From positions 180,001 through 212,000 of the forward strand of contig NC_002939.5 of assembly GCF_000007985.2 (NCBI RefSeq): a DNA stretch of 32,000 nt, given 5' to 3'. Position numbers and translations under genes: made by a program. The notes under the pieces are model-generated. The model made no database searches, was not told the DNA's origin, and saw only the letters and a list, made by a program, of their open reading frames with translations. This document shows positions 23,764 to 32,000 of this stretch, piece by piece. The stretch's first letter is position 1; the number at the start of each line of letters is the position of its first letter. The stretch comes from Geobacter sulfurreducens PCA. GTDB taxonomy: Bacteria; Desulfobacterota; Desulfuromonadia; Geobacterales; Geobacteraceae.

Positions 23764-23964
23764 TTACGCTCTGGTCACGTTTGCAGCCTGGAGGCCTTTC
23801 GGCCCCTTGGTGATTTCAAACGTTACTCTATCGCCTTCAGTAAGGGATTTGAATCCGTCACCCGAAATGGCGGAAAAATGACAAAACACGTCTTCACCAT
23901 TTTCCTGCTCAAGAAAACCAAACCCCTTGCTGTCGTTGAACCATTTTACCGTACCGTTTACCAT
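23764..23964 (-). CDS. Cold-shock protein (CspA family)
   Basis: [33 protein letters not shown]... carries the RNP1 (KGFGF) and RNP2 (VFCHF) motifs. Confidence 0.95.
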   Translation of the reverse strand: MVNGTVKWFNDSKGFGFLEQENGEDVFCHFSAISGDGFKSLTEGDRVTFEITKGPKGLQAANVTRA

Positions 23965-24027
23965 GTGTGTACTTTCTCCTGATACTTCCTGTTGTTTTTG
24001 TCAGGCGTCATGCCGAACTTGTATCGA

Positions 24028-24056
24028 ACCTAACAGTTTTGTTCCAGGTAAGTCAA
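24028..24056 (-). promoter_or_regulatory. Candidate csp promoter with an AT-rich upstream element
   Basis: On the minus strand: -35 TTGACT (24056-24051), 17-nt spacer, -10 TTAGGT (24033-24028). AAATAATATAAATA lies upstream. Confidence 0.35.
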
Positions 24057-24366
24057 CCTATTTATATTATTTAGAGGGAGCAAATAGGGCTATTTTGAGT
24101 AGATTGCCAATACATCATGAAGGGATTTTTCTTTCATTAGCTTGATGTGGCTATTGAAAATTCCTAGTATATTGAGAGTGTTGTAAGTATTTTATGGATA
24201 ATAAATAGATTGTATATAACATTAATTGATCGATAGAAATATTATTGTATGGTTTTAAACTAAATAGGAGTATTGTTGGATTCTAGGATTTGTTTTCTAC
24301 GCATTATCAGGTTCCGGAGGTTTTGACAAATCATTCACCTCAATAAAAGAAAGCGGGGTTACTCAA

Positions 24367-24609
24367 ATGACTATTAAAGTCGGTAATATTGTTAGTCACA
24401 CTGGTGGGCTGGGATGGGGCTCCGGCAAGGTTCTGGAAGTGACGGCTACCTTGGCAATGATCCAGTTCAGTGACGGAAAAAGCCGCAAGATAGCGGCATC
24501 GTACTTCTGTACGCTCGAACCCGCTGCCCCGGACTCATATGTTCCTCCACCTGAAGCTGCTGTTGTGGCAAAGCCTTCTCGCCCCCCCCGGATGACCAAA
24601 AAAAAGTAA
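24367..24609 (+). CDS. Small protein, DUF3553-like N-terminal domain with a Pro/Lys-rich tail
   Basis: MTIKVGNIVSHTGGLGWGSGKVLEVTATLAMIQFSDGKSRKI... The family call is from memory and tentative. Confidence 0.55.
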   Translation: MTIKVGNIVSHTGGLGWGSGKVLEVTATLAMIQFSDGKSRKIAASYFCTLEPAAPDSYVPPPEAAVVAKPSRPPRMTKKK

Positions 24610-24648
24610 GTATCGCGGAGAGTGCCTCGGCGACATCTTGTGTTAAGA

Positions 24649-24671
24649 CAGGCGGCCCATCAAGGACCGCC
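24649..24671. terminator. Imperfect GC hairpin (REP-like family) between convergent genes
   Basis: AGGCGGCCC-CATCAA-GGACCGCCT (one mismatch) followed by TTGTCATTG. Confidence 0.45.
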
Positions 24672-24849
24672 TTTGTCATTGTGTGTCGGGTGCCATGGTG
24701 TCCCCTCTTTCTTTAGGAACGGAATACAAGCGTGTGCCGGCATTTGTGGCGGTTTGATCCTGCGGCTCGTGCAACGTGGCAAAGATCGGCTGCAACGGCC
24801 CCAAGCGGGTGATCCCTTCGCAGGGGGGCTAAGTATGCAGGAGATGCAC

Positions 24850-25989
24850 TCACTGCGCGCCATGGGCCAGCGGCTGTTGCCGGTAGCTGATGCGGTAGAT
24901 GGCCCCGGCCTTGTCGTCGGAAACGAGCAGGCTGCCGTCGGGCATTACCTGCACATCAACGGGCCGGCCCCAGACCTTGTCGTTGTCAAGCCATCCCTCG
25001 GCAAAGGGCTCGTAGGAGACGGCGCGGTTCCCTTCGAGGCGCACCAGGACGACGCGGTAGCCGATCCGTTCGCTCCGGTTCCAGGAGCCGTGTTCGGCGA
25101 TGAAGATCTGGTTGCGATAGCGTTCGGGGAACATGGTGCCGTTGTAGAAGCGCATGCCCAGGGCTGCCACGTGGGGGCCAAGCTCCATCTCCGGCGCCAC
25201 GAGTTGGTCGGGCTTGCGCTTTGCGTCGAATTCGGGGTCGGGGATGTCGCGGCCGTGCCGATAGGGAAAACCGAAGTGGAGACCGGACCGGGGCGCCCGG
25301 TTGAGCTCGTCCGGCGGCAGGTCGTTCCCCAGCCAGTCGCGGCCGTTGTCCGTGAACCAGAGTTCGCCGGTGCGGGGGTGCCAGTCAAAGCCCACCGTGT
25401 TGCGGACTCCGTTGGCGAAGATCTCCAGGCCGGTGCCGTCCGGATTCATTCGCATGATGGTGGCGAAACGGGGGTCCTTTTCCTCGCAGACGTTGCACGG
25501 GGCCCCCACCGGCACGTAGAGCCTGCCGTCGGGGCCGAAACGGATGAATTTCCAGCCGTGGTGGGTCCTGTCCGGGAAGGAGTCGTTGACGACGACCGGC
25601 GGCGGGGGATTTTTCAGGCGCTCTTCGATGGCGTCGTACCGCAGCACCCGGCTCACCTCTGCAACGTAGAGGGAGCCGTTTCGGAAGGCCACACCGTTGG
25701 GCATCTGCAGCCCCTTGGCGATGGTGATTACCTCGTCGGCCACCTGGTCGCTGTTGCGGTCCGCCAGGGCGTAGACCTTGCCCTCCCCACGGCTCCCCAC
25801 GAACAGGGTCCCCTTGGCGCCGAGGGCCATGGAGCGGGCCCCCGGCACGTTGTCGGCATAAACGGCGATGCTGAATCCGGGGGGGAGCGTGATGGCGGCC
25901 GGCAGCGTCCGGGCGGCGTTGCAGCCCGTGGCAGCAGCCAGCAGGAACAGGTGGGCAAGCAGGAATCGAAGGGTTTTGATCGGGTGCAT
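24850..25989 (-). CDS. PQQ-dependent sugar/sorbosone dehydrogenase family beta-propeller protein, secreted lipoprotein
   Basis: ATG 25989 has GGGAGG upstream. The signal is MHPIKTLRFLLAHLFLLAAATGC. Also present: PNGVAFRNGSLYVAE, HGWKFIRFGPDGRLYVPVGAPCN, ELWFTDNGRDWLGNDLPPDELN and FGFPY. Confidence 0.8.
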   Translation of the reverse strand: MHPIKTLRFLLAHLFLLAAATGCNAARTLPAAITLPPGFSIAVYADNVPGARSMALGAKGTLFVGSRGEGKVYALADRNSDQVADEVITIAKGLQMPNGVAFRNGSLYVAEVSRVLRYDAIEERLKNPPPPVVVNDSFPDRTHHGWKFIRFGPDGRLYVPVGAPCNVCEEKDPRFATIMRMNPDGTGLEIFANGVRNTVGFDWHPRTGELWFTDNGRDWLGNDLPPDELNRAPRSGLHFGFPYRHGRDIPDPEFDAKRKPDQLVAPEMELGPHVAALGMRFYNGTMFPERYRNQIFIAEHGSWNRSERIGYRVVLVRLEGNRAVSYEPFAEGWLDNDKVWGRPVDVQVMPDGSLLVSDDKAGAIYRISYRQQPLAHGAQ

Positions 25990-26158
25990 GGAAACCTCCC
26001 GCGACAGCTTGTTCGTGTCCCTCAAGTGTACCACGGCGGGACGATGCGCAAGGCTTCGTTGACTGATGCCCCGTCCTTGTTATCCTTCCATAACGACCGG
26101 TGTCTTTGTCCGCGGGCCGAGGTCGGTCCCGCGTCTCCACCGGAGAGGGAGGGTCAGC

Positions 26159-27241
26159 ATGTCTGAAGCAACCACCATCCGGGACCGGGCCGCGGGCGCC
26201 GTCATGGGCGCCTTCGTGGGCGAGGCCCTGGGCCTGGGGCCCCACTGGTATTACGATCTCGATGAGATGCGCCGGGACTTCGGCCCGTGGATCTCCGACT
26301 ATACCGACCCCCGGCCGGACCGCTACCATGCAGGACTGAAAGCTGGCCAGCTTTCCCAGGCGGGGTACATCCTGAAACTGCTGCTTCGTTCCCTGGTGGC
26401 GTGCGGCGGCTATGACGAGGCGGATTTCTGCCGCCGCCTGGATGAGGAGTTGCTGCCGCTGCTGGACGGGACCCCCGTGTGCGGTCCGGGCGGCTATACC
26501 AGCCAGTCCATCCGCGAGTTGTGGCGGCAGCGGGTGGAGCTGAAACTTCCGTGGGGCAGGACCGGCGGCCATGCCGACACCACCGAGGCGGCGGAGCGGA
26601 CCCTCGCCCTTGCGGTGCGCTACGCATGCGAGCCCGCGCGCCTTGCCGCCGCCGTGGCGGGCAACTGCGTCCTTACCCAGATCGACGACACCGTCGTGTC
26701 AATGACCACCGCCTACGGTGCGGTGCTGGGGATGCTGGTGCGGGGGCATCCCCTCGACGCAGACCTGTCGGCCAGGCTCATGGCGCTGGTTGCGCGCGGG
26801 GAACTGCCGTTTCACGCAGTCACCACCGGCAACCTGCAGCCGCCCCGCCCCGGTGAGCCGGATCCCCCCCGGGCGGGCAAGTTCGCTTCTCCCGACGCCC
26901 TGCTGACCCCGTCCTACATGGCGGCAGCCGCGGCGGACCCCCAGGTCCGGATCGAGCCAGCATGGAAGGTCTCTGTCGTCTACGGCATGCCCTGCGCCAT
27001 CTACCACATTCTGCCGGCGGTCTACTATCTGGCGGCCCGTTTCCGCGACGATTTCGAGGCCGCGGTCCTCCATGCCGTCAACGGCGGCGGCCAGAACCAG
27101 GCCCGGGCCATGCTTGCCGGTGCCCTGGTCGGCGCCCAGGTCGGCCTTTCGCGCATCCCCTGGCGCTTTATCGACAGCCTGGAGGAATCCGCCACCCTGT
27201 GCCGGCTGGCCGACGACCTGGCCGCACAGGTTTGTGCCTGA
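26159..27241 (+). CDS. ADP-ribosylglycohydrolase family protein
   Basis: ATG 26159 has GGAGAGGGAGGG upstream. IRDRAAGAVMGAFVGEALGLGPHWYY and the C-terminal AVNGGGQNQARAMLAGALVGAQVG resemble the DraG/ARH fold motifs. Confidence 0.75.
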   Translation: MSEATTIRDRAAGAVMGAFVGEALGLGPHWYYDLDEMRRDFGPWISDYTDPRPDRYHAGLKAGQLSQAGYILKLLLRSLVACGGYDEADFCRRLDEELLPLLDGTPVCGPGGYTSQSIRELWRQRVELKLPWGRTGGHADTTEAAERTLALAVRYACEPARLAAAVAGNCVLTQIDDTVVSMTTAYGAVLGMLVRGHPLDADLSARLMALVARGELPFHAVTTGNLQPPRPGEPDPPRAGKFASPDALLTPSYMAAAAADPQVRIEPAWKVSVVYGMPCAIYHILPAVYYLAARFRDDFEAAVLHAVNGGGQNQARAMLAGALVGAQVGLSRIPWRFIDSLEESATLCRLADDLAAQVCA

Positions 27242-27295
27242 ACGAACGGGCAGAGTCCCGTAGCAGCCGCCCCTCGGGGATGAAAGGAGGCAGTC

Positions 27296-27514
27296 ATGTA
27301 CGGCAAGGACAGAATCTACAAGAAGGTGGAGATCATCGGCGTGTCTGGCGTGAGCATCGAGGGGGCCATCGAGACGGCCCTGGTCAGGGCCCGGAACTCC
27401 CTTGACAAGCTCTCTTGGTTCGAGGTGCAGGAAGTCCGCGGTCACATCGGTGCCGATGGCAAGGTGGCTGAATACCAGGTGGTGTTGAAGGTTTCCTTCG
27501 AGCTGAAGGACTGA
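27296..27514 (+). CDS. Dodecin family flavin-binding protein
   Basis: 72 aa; IYKKVEIIGVSGVSIEGAIETALVRA...WFEVQEVRGHI..GKVAEYQVVLKVSF. Confidence 0.85.
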   Translation: MYGKDRIYKKVEIIGVSGVSIEGAIETALVRARNSLDKLSWFEVQEVRGHIGADGKVAEYQVVLKVSFELKD

Positions 27515-27548
27515 CGGAGCTTTCCGGCCGGCGGGCATTCGGGGGGGG

Positions 27549-27587
27549 CGGAACCCGGGGGAGGGCGGCTGACCGTCCGGGTTCCGC
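27549..27587. terminator. GC hairpin between the convergent dodecin and thioesterase genes
   Basis: An 11-bp stem, GCGGAACCCGG (27549-27559) paired with CCGGGTTCCGC (27577-27587). There is no clear U-tract. Confidence 0.4.
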
Positions 27588-27607
27588 CGGAGATGGGGAC
27601 TGCCCGG

Positions 27608-28096
27608 TCAGCGCCCCGGCAGGGTGATGCAGAGGCACTCCCCTTCCGCATAGACCGCATCGCCGCAGAAGAGCCGGCCGTGAACCATGACCTTCCGGCC
27701 CTGGGCGGAGACGACGCGGCTTTCCACGGTGACTACCTTCTGGAGGGGGAGCATGGTGCGGAAGCTGATGTTGAGGTTCCCCACTACAATGGGGTAGCCG
27801 GCGGCCCATGCGGCAAGGCCCAGTGCTTCGTCCATCACGGCGGAGACCGCCCCGCCGTGGGCGTGGCCCGGCGGGCCTTCGGTCTCGGGGCCGAACCAGA
27901 TGCGGGCATGGAGATGCTGTTCGCTGTCGCGATAGTAGCGAACCCGGAAGCGGTTGCCGTCGGGCTCTCCGGAAACAAAGCGGAGCGATTCGCCGACCAG
28001 CGACGGTGCATCAAAGGGGACCCAGCCGGCATCACCGCTCAGGTCGACAGGCGGGCAGATGCTTTCGGCACCCTGTTGAGGTGATGTTTCTGACAC
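27608..28096 (-). CDS. PaaI/hotdog-fold thioesterase
   Basis: GPPGHAHGGAVSAVMDEALGLAAW...GNLNISFRTMLPL. GTG 28096 has GGAGGAAA upstream and is preferred over the longer ORF to 28216, which would overlap the SDR gene. Confidence 0.7.
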   Translation of the reverse strand: MSETSPQQGAESICPPVDLSGDAGWVPFDAPSLVGESLRFVSGEPDGNRFRVRYYRDSEQHLHARIWFGPETEGPPGHAHGGAVSAVMDEALGLAAWAAGYPIVVGNLNISFRTMLPLQKVVTVESRVVSAQGRKVMVHGRLFCGDAVYAEGECLCITLPGR

Positions 28097-28176
28097 GATT
28101 AGTTTCCTCCGTAGCGTACGCATCCCGGCGCGGGATGCGGTGATAATGCAGTGCGGCGATACGGGCGGGCGGGGGG

Positions 28177-28941
28177 TCAGTTCGCCCCATCCCGATGGAC
28201 CGCCAGCGGCCCCCACGACTGATAGATCGACATGACCTCCAGGGCGTTGACGTTCACATGGGGCGGGAGTTCCGTCACCCAGGCGACGATGCCCGCGATG
28301 TCCTCGGCCGTGAGGGCCTGGGTCCCGGCGTAGACCTGGGCCGCCCGTTCCGCATCGCCCTTGAAGCGGACCATGGAGAACTCGGTTTCGGCCATCCCCG
28401 GCGCCAGGCAGGTGACCCGCACCTGCTTCCCCAGCAGATCGGCCCGGAGGTTACGGGAAAACTGCTCCACGAACGCCTTGGTGCCCCCGTAGACGTTGCC
28501 GCCGGGATAGGGCCAGGAACCGGCCACCGACCCGATGTTGACGATATGTCCCCGGTTGCGGGCCACCATGCCCGGAAGGAGAAAGCGGGTGCAGTAGATC
28601 AGCCCCTTGATGTTGGTGTCGACCATGGCGTCCCAGTCGTCCGGGTTCGTCTCGTGGGCCGGCTCCAGTCCCAGCGCGAGCCCCGCGTTGTTGACGAGGA
28701 TGTCGATTTGGCTGAAAGCGTCGGGCAGCCCCTCAATCGCATCCTGCACCGCCTTGCGCCGCCGCACGTCAAGGGTGACGGCGTGCACCTCCGTCCGCGG
28801 CGCCAATTCGTCCCTGAGCGCCAGGAGCGGTTCCTCCCGGCGGGCCGCCAGAACCAGCCGGTCTCCCCTGTCGGCGAAGAGCCGGGCGCATGCCGCGCCG
28901 AACCCCGCCGACGCCCCGGTGATGAATACCGTTCTGCTCAT
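28177..28941 (-). CDS. SDR family oxidoreductase, YdfG-like NADP-dependent 3-hydroxy acid dehydrogenase
   Basis: ATG 28941 has GGGGAGGA upstream. TGASAGFG (cofactor motif), NNAG, and YGGTK (YxxxK). Confidence 0.85.
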   Translation of the reverse strand: MSRTVFITGASAGFGAACARLFADRGDRLVLAARREEPLLALRDELAPRTEVHAVTLDVRRRKAVQDAIEGLPDAFSQIDILVNNAGLALGLEPAHETNPDDWDAMVDTNIKGLIYCTRFLLPGMVARNRGHIVNIGSVAGSWPYPGGNVYGGTKAFVEQFSRNLRADLLGKQVRVTCLAPGMAETEFSMVRFKGDAERAAQVYAGTQALTAEDIAGIVAWVTELPPHVNVNALEVMSIYQSWGPLAVHRDGAN

Positions 28942-29123
28942 GTGATCCTCCCCTGAGGTTGCAGTGATGCCAGAGACTATGCACCGTATTTTCGCGGTGC
29001 GCAAGCCACTGATGAATATTCCCGGCGTTTCGGGCCAGGCAGGCACAACTCCGGAGATGTCAATTGCCGTCTGCGTGCCCTCGGAATTCCAGCATCTCCC
29101 TCACTCTCTTTCGGAGGACTCAC

Positions 29124-29654
29124 TTGAAAAGAATCCTGCTGCTCAGCATGGTGATGCTAGCCCTGGCCGGCTGCATCTCCGGAAAGGATTGGCGCACCGC
29201 CAGTCGTGAGCCTGCGGGCATCGCGCCGGACCCGGCGGTGACGAAGGAAGCGGTGCTCCAGGTGTACGGCGCCCGGGCGTGGGGCTGGCGAGGATGGTTT
29301 GCGATCCACACATGGATCGCCGCTAAGGGTACCGGTGAGCCTGGGTACACCGTGTACGAGGTGGTGGGGTGGCGATTGCATCGGGGGCAGCCGGTGGTGC
29401 GCATCGAAAAGGACCTGCCCGACCGCTTCTGGTTCGGTGAAAAACCCCGGCTGCTCAAAGAGCATCGGGGCGCAGGGGTTGATGAACTGATCGACGCGGT
29501 GGACCGGGCGGCCCGCTCCTATCCGTGGGCCGGTACCTACCAGGCTTTCCCGGGACCCAACAGTAATACGTTCACGGCCTGGATTTCCCGGCAGGTACCC
29601 CAACTCGACCTGGACCTCCCCTTTTCCGCACTCGGCAGCGGCTACGGCGACTGA
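29124..29654 (+). CDS. DUF3750 domain lipoprotein
   Basis: TTG 29124 has GGAGGA 5 nt upstream. The lipobox is MLALAGC. Also present: HTWIAAKG...YEVVGW...YQAFPGPNSNTFTAWI. Confidence 0.65.
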   Translation: MKRILLLSMVMLALAGCISGKDWRTASREPAGIAPDPAVTKEAVLQVYGARAWGWRGWFAIHTWIAAKGTGEPGYTVYEVVGWRLHRGQPVVRIEKDLPDRFWFGEKPRLLKEHRGAGVDELIDAVDRAARSYPWAGTYQAFPGPNSNTFTAWISRQVPQLDLDLPFSALGSGYGD

Positions 29655-29724
29655 GCGCGGGGCCCAGGATGGCGGCGCCCCCTTGCCCCCAACCGTGATA
29701 CAATAATTATATGGAAGGGGGTGC

Positions 29725-29940
29725 ATGGTCATGTTGGACACACGCAAAACAACAACCGGCAGTCCGTCCACGGAGAGATGCGACATCAAGACGTGGAGCG
29801 GAGCATGCGGACATGATTCCTACACGGCCATCGGTGACAAATACCGGTGTGATCTGTGCGGGACCATTGCCGACCTGAGCCATGAAGTGAAGCACGATAC
29901 GTTCCCCTACACGAGCGGCGACTACGACAACCTGAGTTAG
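29725..29940 (+). CDS. Hypothetical small Cys-rich protein (possible zinc ribbon)
   Basis: GGAAGGGGG is upstream. 71 aa with C19, C28, H30 and C42-x2-C45. No family recognised. Confidence 0.35.
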   Translation: MVMLDTRKTTTGSPSTERCDIKTWSGACGHDSYTAIGDKYRCDLCGTIADLSHEVKHDTFPYTSGDYDNLS

Positions 29941-30176
29941 GGGGAGAAAGGCAGGAACTTCTGCCGATGCGCATGAAGGTTGCGTGAAAACGGCGATGCG
30001 TGGTCACGGAAGGCTTCGGAGGAATCCGGGGCATTTTTTTTGTCCACCAGCGGAGGATAGGCTGAGCTCTCCAGCGGAGTTTTTTGCCTTATTTTAACTG
30101 TTTGTTGCGGCACCCCTGCTGAGCGTTATACTTTTCTCCGGATCTCTGCGGAGACTCGGGGAAAAGGAGGCGCGTC

Positions 30177-30647
30177 ATGATTGTTTTTCTGGTGAACGGA
30201 AAAGAGCAGCGAGTGGACGTGAGCCCGGACACACCTCTCTTGTGGGTGCTGCGCGATAAGCTGGGGCTTACGGGAACCAAGTACGGATGCGGCGAGGGGC
30301 TCTGCGGAGCCTGCACAGTCCACATCGACGGTCGCCCCGAGCGCTCCTGCATCACCCCGGTCGGTGACGTGCAGGGGAAAAAGGTAGTCACCATCGAAGG
30401 CATCCCGGAGAACCATCCGGTCAAGAAGTCCTGGCTGGCCCAGGATGTGTCCCAGTGCGGCTATTGCCAGCCGGGCCAGATCATGTCCGCCGTGGCCCTG
30501 TTGGCCAGCAAGCCCAGCCCCACCGACGCCGACATCGACAGCGCCATGAGCGGCAATCTCTGCCGCTGCGGAACCTACGGCCGCATCCGCCGTGCAATTC
30601 ATGCCGCCGGCGGCAGAAGGGCCCGGAAGGGAGGGAGCCGGTCATGA
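30177..30647 (+). CDS. (2Fe-2S)-binding small subunit of an aldehyde oxidase/xanthine dehydrogenase-family enzyme (IorA-like)
   Basis: [12 protein letters not shown] and [10 protein letters not shown]...GNLCRCGTY are the cluster motifs. AAGGAGG is upstream. Confidence 0.9.
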   Translation: MIVFLVNGKEQRVDVSPDTPLLWVLRDKLGLTGTKYGCGEGLCGACTVHIDGRPERSCITPVGDVQGKKVVTIEGIPENHPVKKSWLAQDVSQCGYCQPGQIMSAVALLASKPSPTDADIDSAMSGNLCRCGTYGRIRRAIHAAGGRRARKGGSRS

Positions 30648-32000
30648 GCAATGACAATGGAGTGAGTCGCCGACAGTTCATGAAGACCAGTGCCCTGGCT
30701 GCCGGCGGGCTGCTGCTGGCCTGCCATCTCCCCCTGGGGCGACGAGATGCCGCTGCTGCAACGGCGGAGGCATTCACGCCCAACGCCTTTCTGCATATCG
30801 GCACTGACGAACGCGTAACCGTCATTGTCAACAAGTCTGAAATGGGGCAGGGTGTCTACACTTCGCTCCCCATGCTGGTGGCCGAGGAACTTTGCTGCGA
30901 CTGGAAGCGGGTGACCTTCAGGCCCTCGCCGGTGGCGCCGGAATACAACCACACCCAGTTCGGGCCGATCATGGTCACCGGCGGCAGCACCAGCGTCCGC
31001 TCCGAGTGGTCCCGGCTTTCTCTTGCCGGCGCGGCGGCGCGCGAGATGCTGATCGCGGCGGCGGCGCAGGAATGGCGAGTGGAGCCGGCTGCCTGCCGGG
31101 CCGAGAAGGGGTTCGTGCTCGGTCCCGGGGGCCGGAAGCTCAGCTTCGGCACCCTGGCCCCCAAGGCAGCCTCCCTGCCCGTACCCAAGGAGCCGAAACT
31201 GAAACCGGGCGCCAAGACCCTTCTCGGGAAGCCGCTCAAACGTCTGGACAGTCCGGCCAAGATCAAGGGTACGGCCGTATTCGGCATCGATGTCCGGGCT
31301 CCCGGCATGCTGACCGCCCTCATAGCCCGGCCGCCGGTCTTTGGCGGCACGGTGAAAGGCTTCGATGCTGCCAAGGCTAAGGCGGTGCCGGGCGTTCTGG
31401 ACGTGGTGGCGGTGGATGCGGGGGTCGCGGTGGTGGCCGACGGCTTCTGGCCGGCACTGAAGGGACGGGAGGCTCTGGCGATTTCCTGGGACGAAGGGGA
31501 CGGGGCGCGGGTCTCGACGGACGCCATGAGAGAGGAGTATGCCCGCCTGGCAGCCACCCCGGGCGCCGTGGCCCGGAAGGACGGCGACGCCCCGGCCGAG
31601 TTGGCGAAAGCCGCCCGGCGGTTCGAGGCTGAGTACGAGGTTCCCTACCTGGCCCATGCCACCATGGAGCCCCTGAACTGTTTCGTGGATTTACAGAGCG
31701 ACAGCTGCCTCATCCGTACCGGCAGCCAGTTTCAGACCGGCGACCGCAATGCCGCGGCCCGGGTGGCCGGACTCAAGCCCGAGCAGGTCACTCTGGAGAC
31801 CACTTTTCTGGGGGGCGGCTTTGGCCGCCGGGCCTGCCCGGCATCTGATTTCGTGATCGAGGCGGTACAGGTGGCCAAGACCGTCGGCAAACCGGTCATG
31901 GTGATCCGCACCCGGGAGGACGACATGCGGGCCGGCTTCTACCGCCCCCTGTGGCGCGACCGCGTGGCAGCCTGTCTGGACGGGAGGGGGTATCCGCTGG
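30644..32000 (+). CDS. Molybdopterin-dependent large subunit (IorB-like) with a Tat signal; the 3' end is outside the window
   Basis: ATG 30644 overlaps the upstream stop (ATGA). The translation is [26 protein letters not shown]... (twin-arginine), then ...[22 protein letters not shown]...VTGGSTSV. The frame stays open to the window end, so it is absent from the ORF track. Confidence 0.85.
   Translation, partial: MSNDNGVSRRQFMKTSALAAGGLLLACHLPLGRRDAAAATAEAFTPNAFLHIGTDERVTVIVNKSEMGQGVYTSLPMLVAEELCCDWKRVTFRPSPVAPEYNHTQFGPIMVTGGSTSVRSEWSRLSLAGAAAREMLIAAAAQEWRVEPAACRAEKGFVLGPGGRKLSFGTLAPKAASLPVPKEPKLKPGAKTLLGKPLKRLDSPAKIKGTAVFGIDVRAPGMLTALIARPPVFGGTVKGFDAAKAKAVPGVLDVVAVDAGVAVVADGFWPALKGREALAISWDEGDGARVSTDAMREEYARLAATPGAVARKDGDAPAELAKAARRFEAEYEVPYLAHATMEPLNCFVDLQSDSCLIRTGSQFQTGDRNAAARVAGLKPEQVTLETTFLGGGFGRRACPASDFVIEAVQVAKTVGKPVMVIRTREDDMRAGFYRPLWRDRVAACLDGRGYPL

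Noticed and set aside
24583-24606. C8 and A8 homopolymers at the 3' end of the DUF3553-like gene, and a G8 run at 27541-27548, considered as phase-variation tracts
   Set aside because: The reading frame is intact. The tracts sit at the extreme 3' end of the gene or in intergenic DNA, and there is no evidence of a switchable ORF.
24622-26572. ORFs 24622-26166 (+, 514 aa) and 25385-26572 (-, 395 aa)
   Set aside because: They are antisense or out of frame relative to the PQQ-type dehydrogenase and the ADP-ribosylglycohydrolase. They have no motifs and a biased composition.
30098-30112. Possible sigma54 promoter (GGCAC...TGC) upstream of the IorA-like gene
   Set aside because: The GG-to-GC spacing is off by 2 nt from the TGGCAC-N5-TTGC consensus.
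30599-31657. 352-aa minus-strand ORF inside the IorB-like gene
   Set aside because: The plus-strand frame carries a Tat signal and molybdoenzyme motifs and is translationally coupled to the 2Fe-2S subunit gene.

Overview
The window looks like high-GC chromosomal DNA from a Geobacter-like (Desulfuromonadales) bacterium. That placement is inferred from composition and gene content only. All homology calls come from reading the translations, because no database could be searched. Most of the window holds ordinary housekeeping and accessory metabolic genes: dapL (3' part), a YbiT-like ABC-F ATPase, a GreA/B-like factor, yaiI, a VOC protein, an acetyl-CoA hydrolase/transferase beside a divergent TetR gene, a GNAT, an HxlR/Isf-like flavoprotein pair, a HAD hydrolase, an MFS transporter, dbpA, a csp gene, a PQQ-type dehydrogenase, an ADP-ribosylglycohydrolase, dodecin, a thioesterase, an SDR, and an IorAB-like molybdoenzyme that runs off the 3' end.

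Four regions stand out:
1. An accessory segment (about 620-5050) lies between dapL and the ABC-F gene. It holds a TumE/DUF6516-like plus HTH pair, a truncated RAYT (IS200-like) transposase next to a REP-like hairpin, and a Fic gene. It also holds a sharply low-GC two-gene cassette (1409-3302): a DUF3696-type ABC/AAA ATPase translationally coupled to a small PIN-like protein. This cassette is my best candidate for an undescribed defence-type system.
2. Two tandem GEMM-I-type cyclic-dinucleotide riboswitches (17757-18068, minus strand) each carry their own terminator. Both have an A at the position that distinguishes cGAMP-sensing from c-di-GMP-sensing aptamers.
3. Those riboswitches sit in front of a minus-strand gene cluster (candidate operon): a LysM/YkuD/SPOR L,D-transpeptidase, an Lpp-like lipoprotein ending in ...MRK, and a YafK/DpaA-like enzyme.
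4. A near-identical promoter-proximal terminator hairpin, with one compensatory base-pair change, precedes both the ABC-F gene and dbpA.

Other observations: a GGCGGCC-N4-GGCCGCC hairpin family at gene 3' ends; a 210-bp duplicated MFS 5' fragment bracketing a 1.1-kb segment; a G9 frameshift in a DUF1579 gene; two unannotated small ORFs; and an AT-rich 370-bp non-coding stretch. I saw no rRNA, tRNA or CRISPR array.
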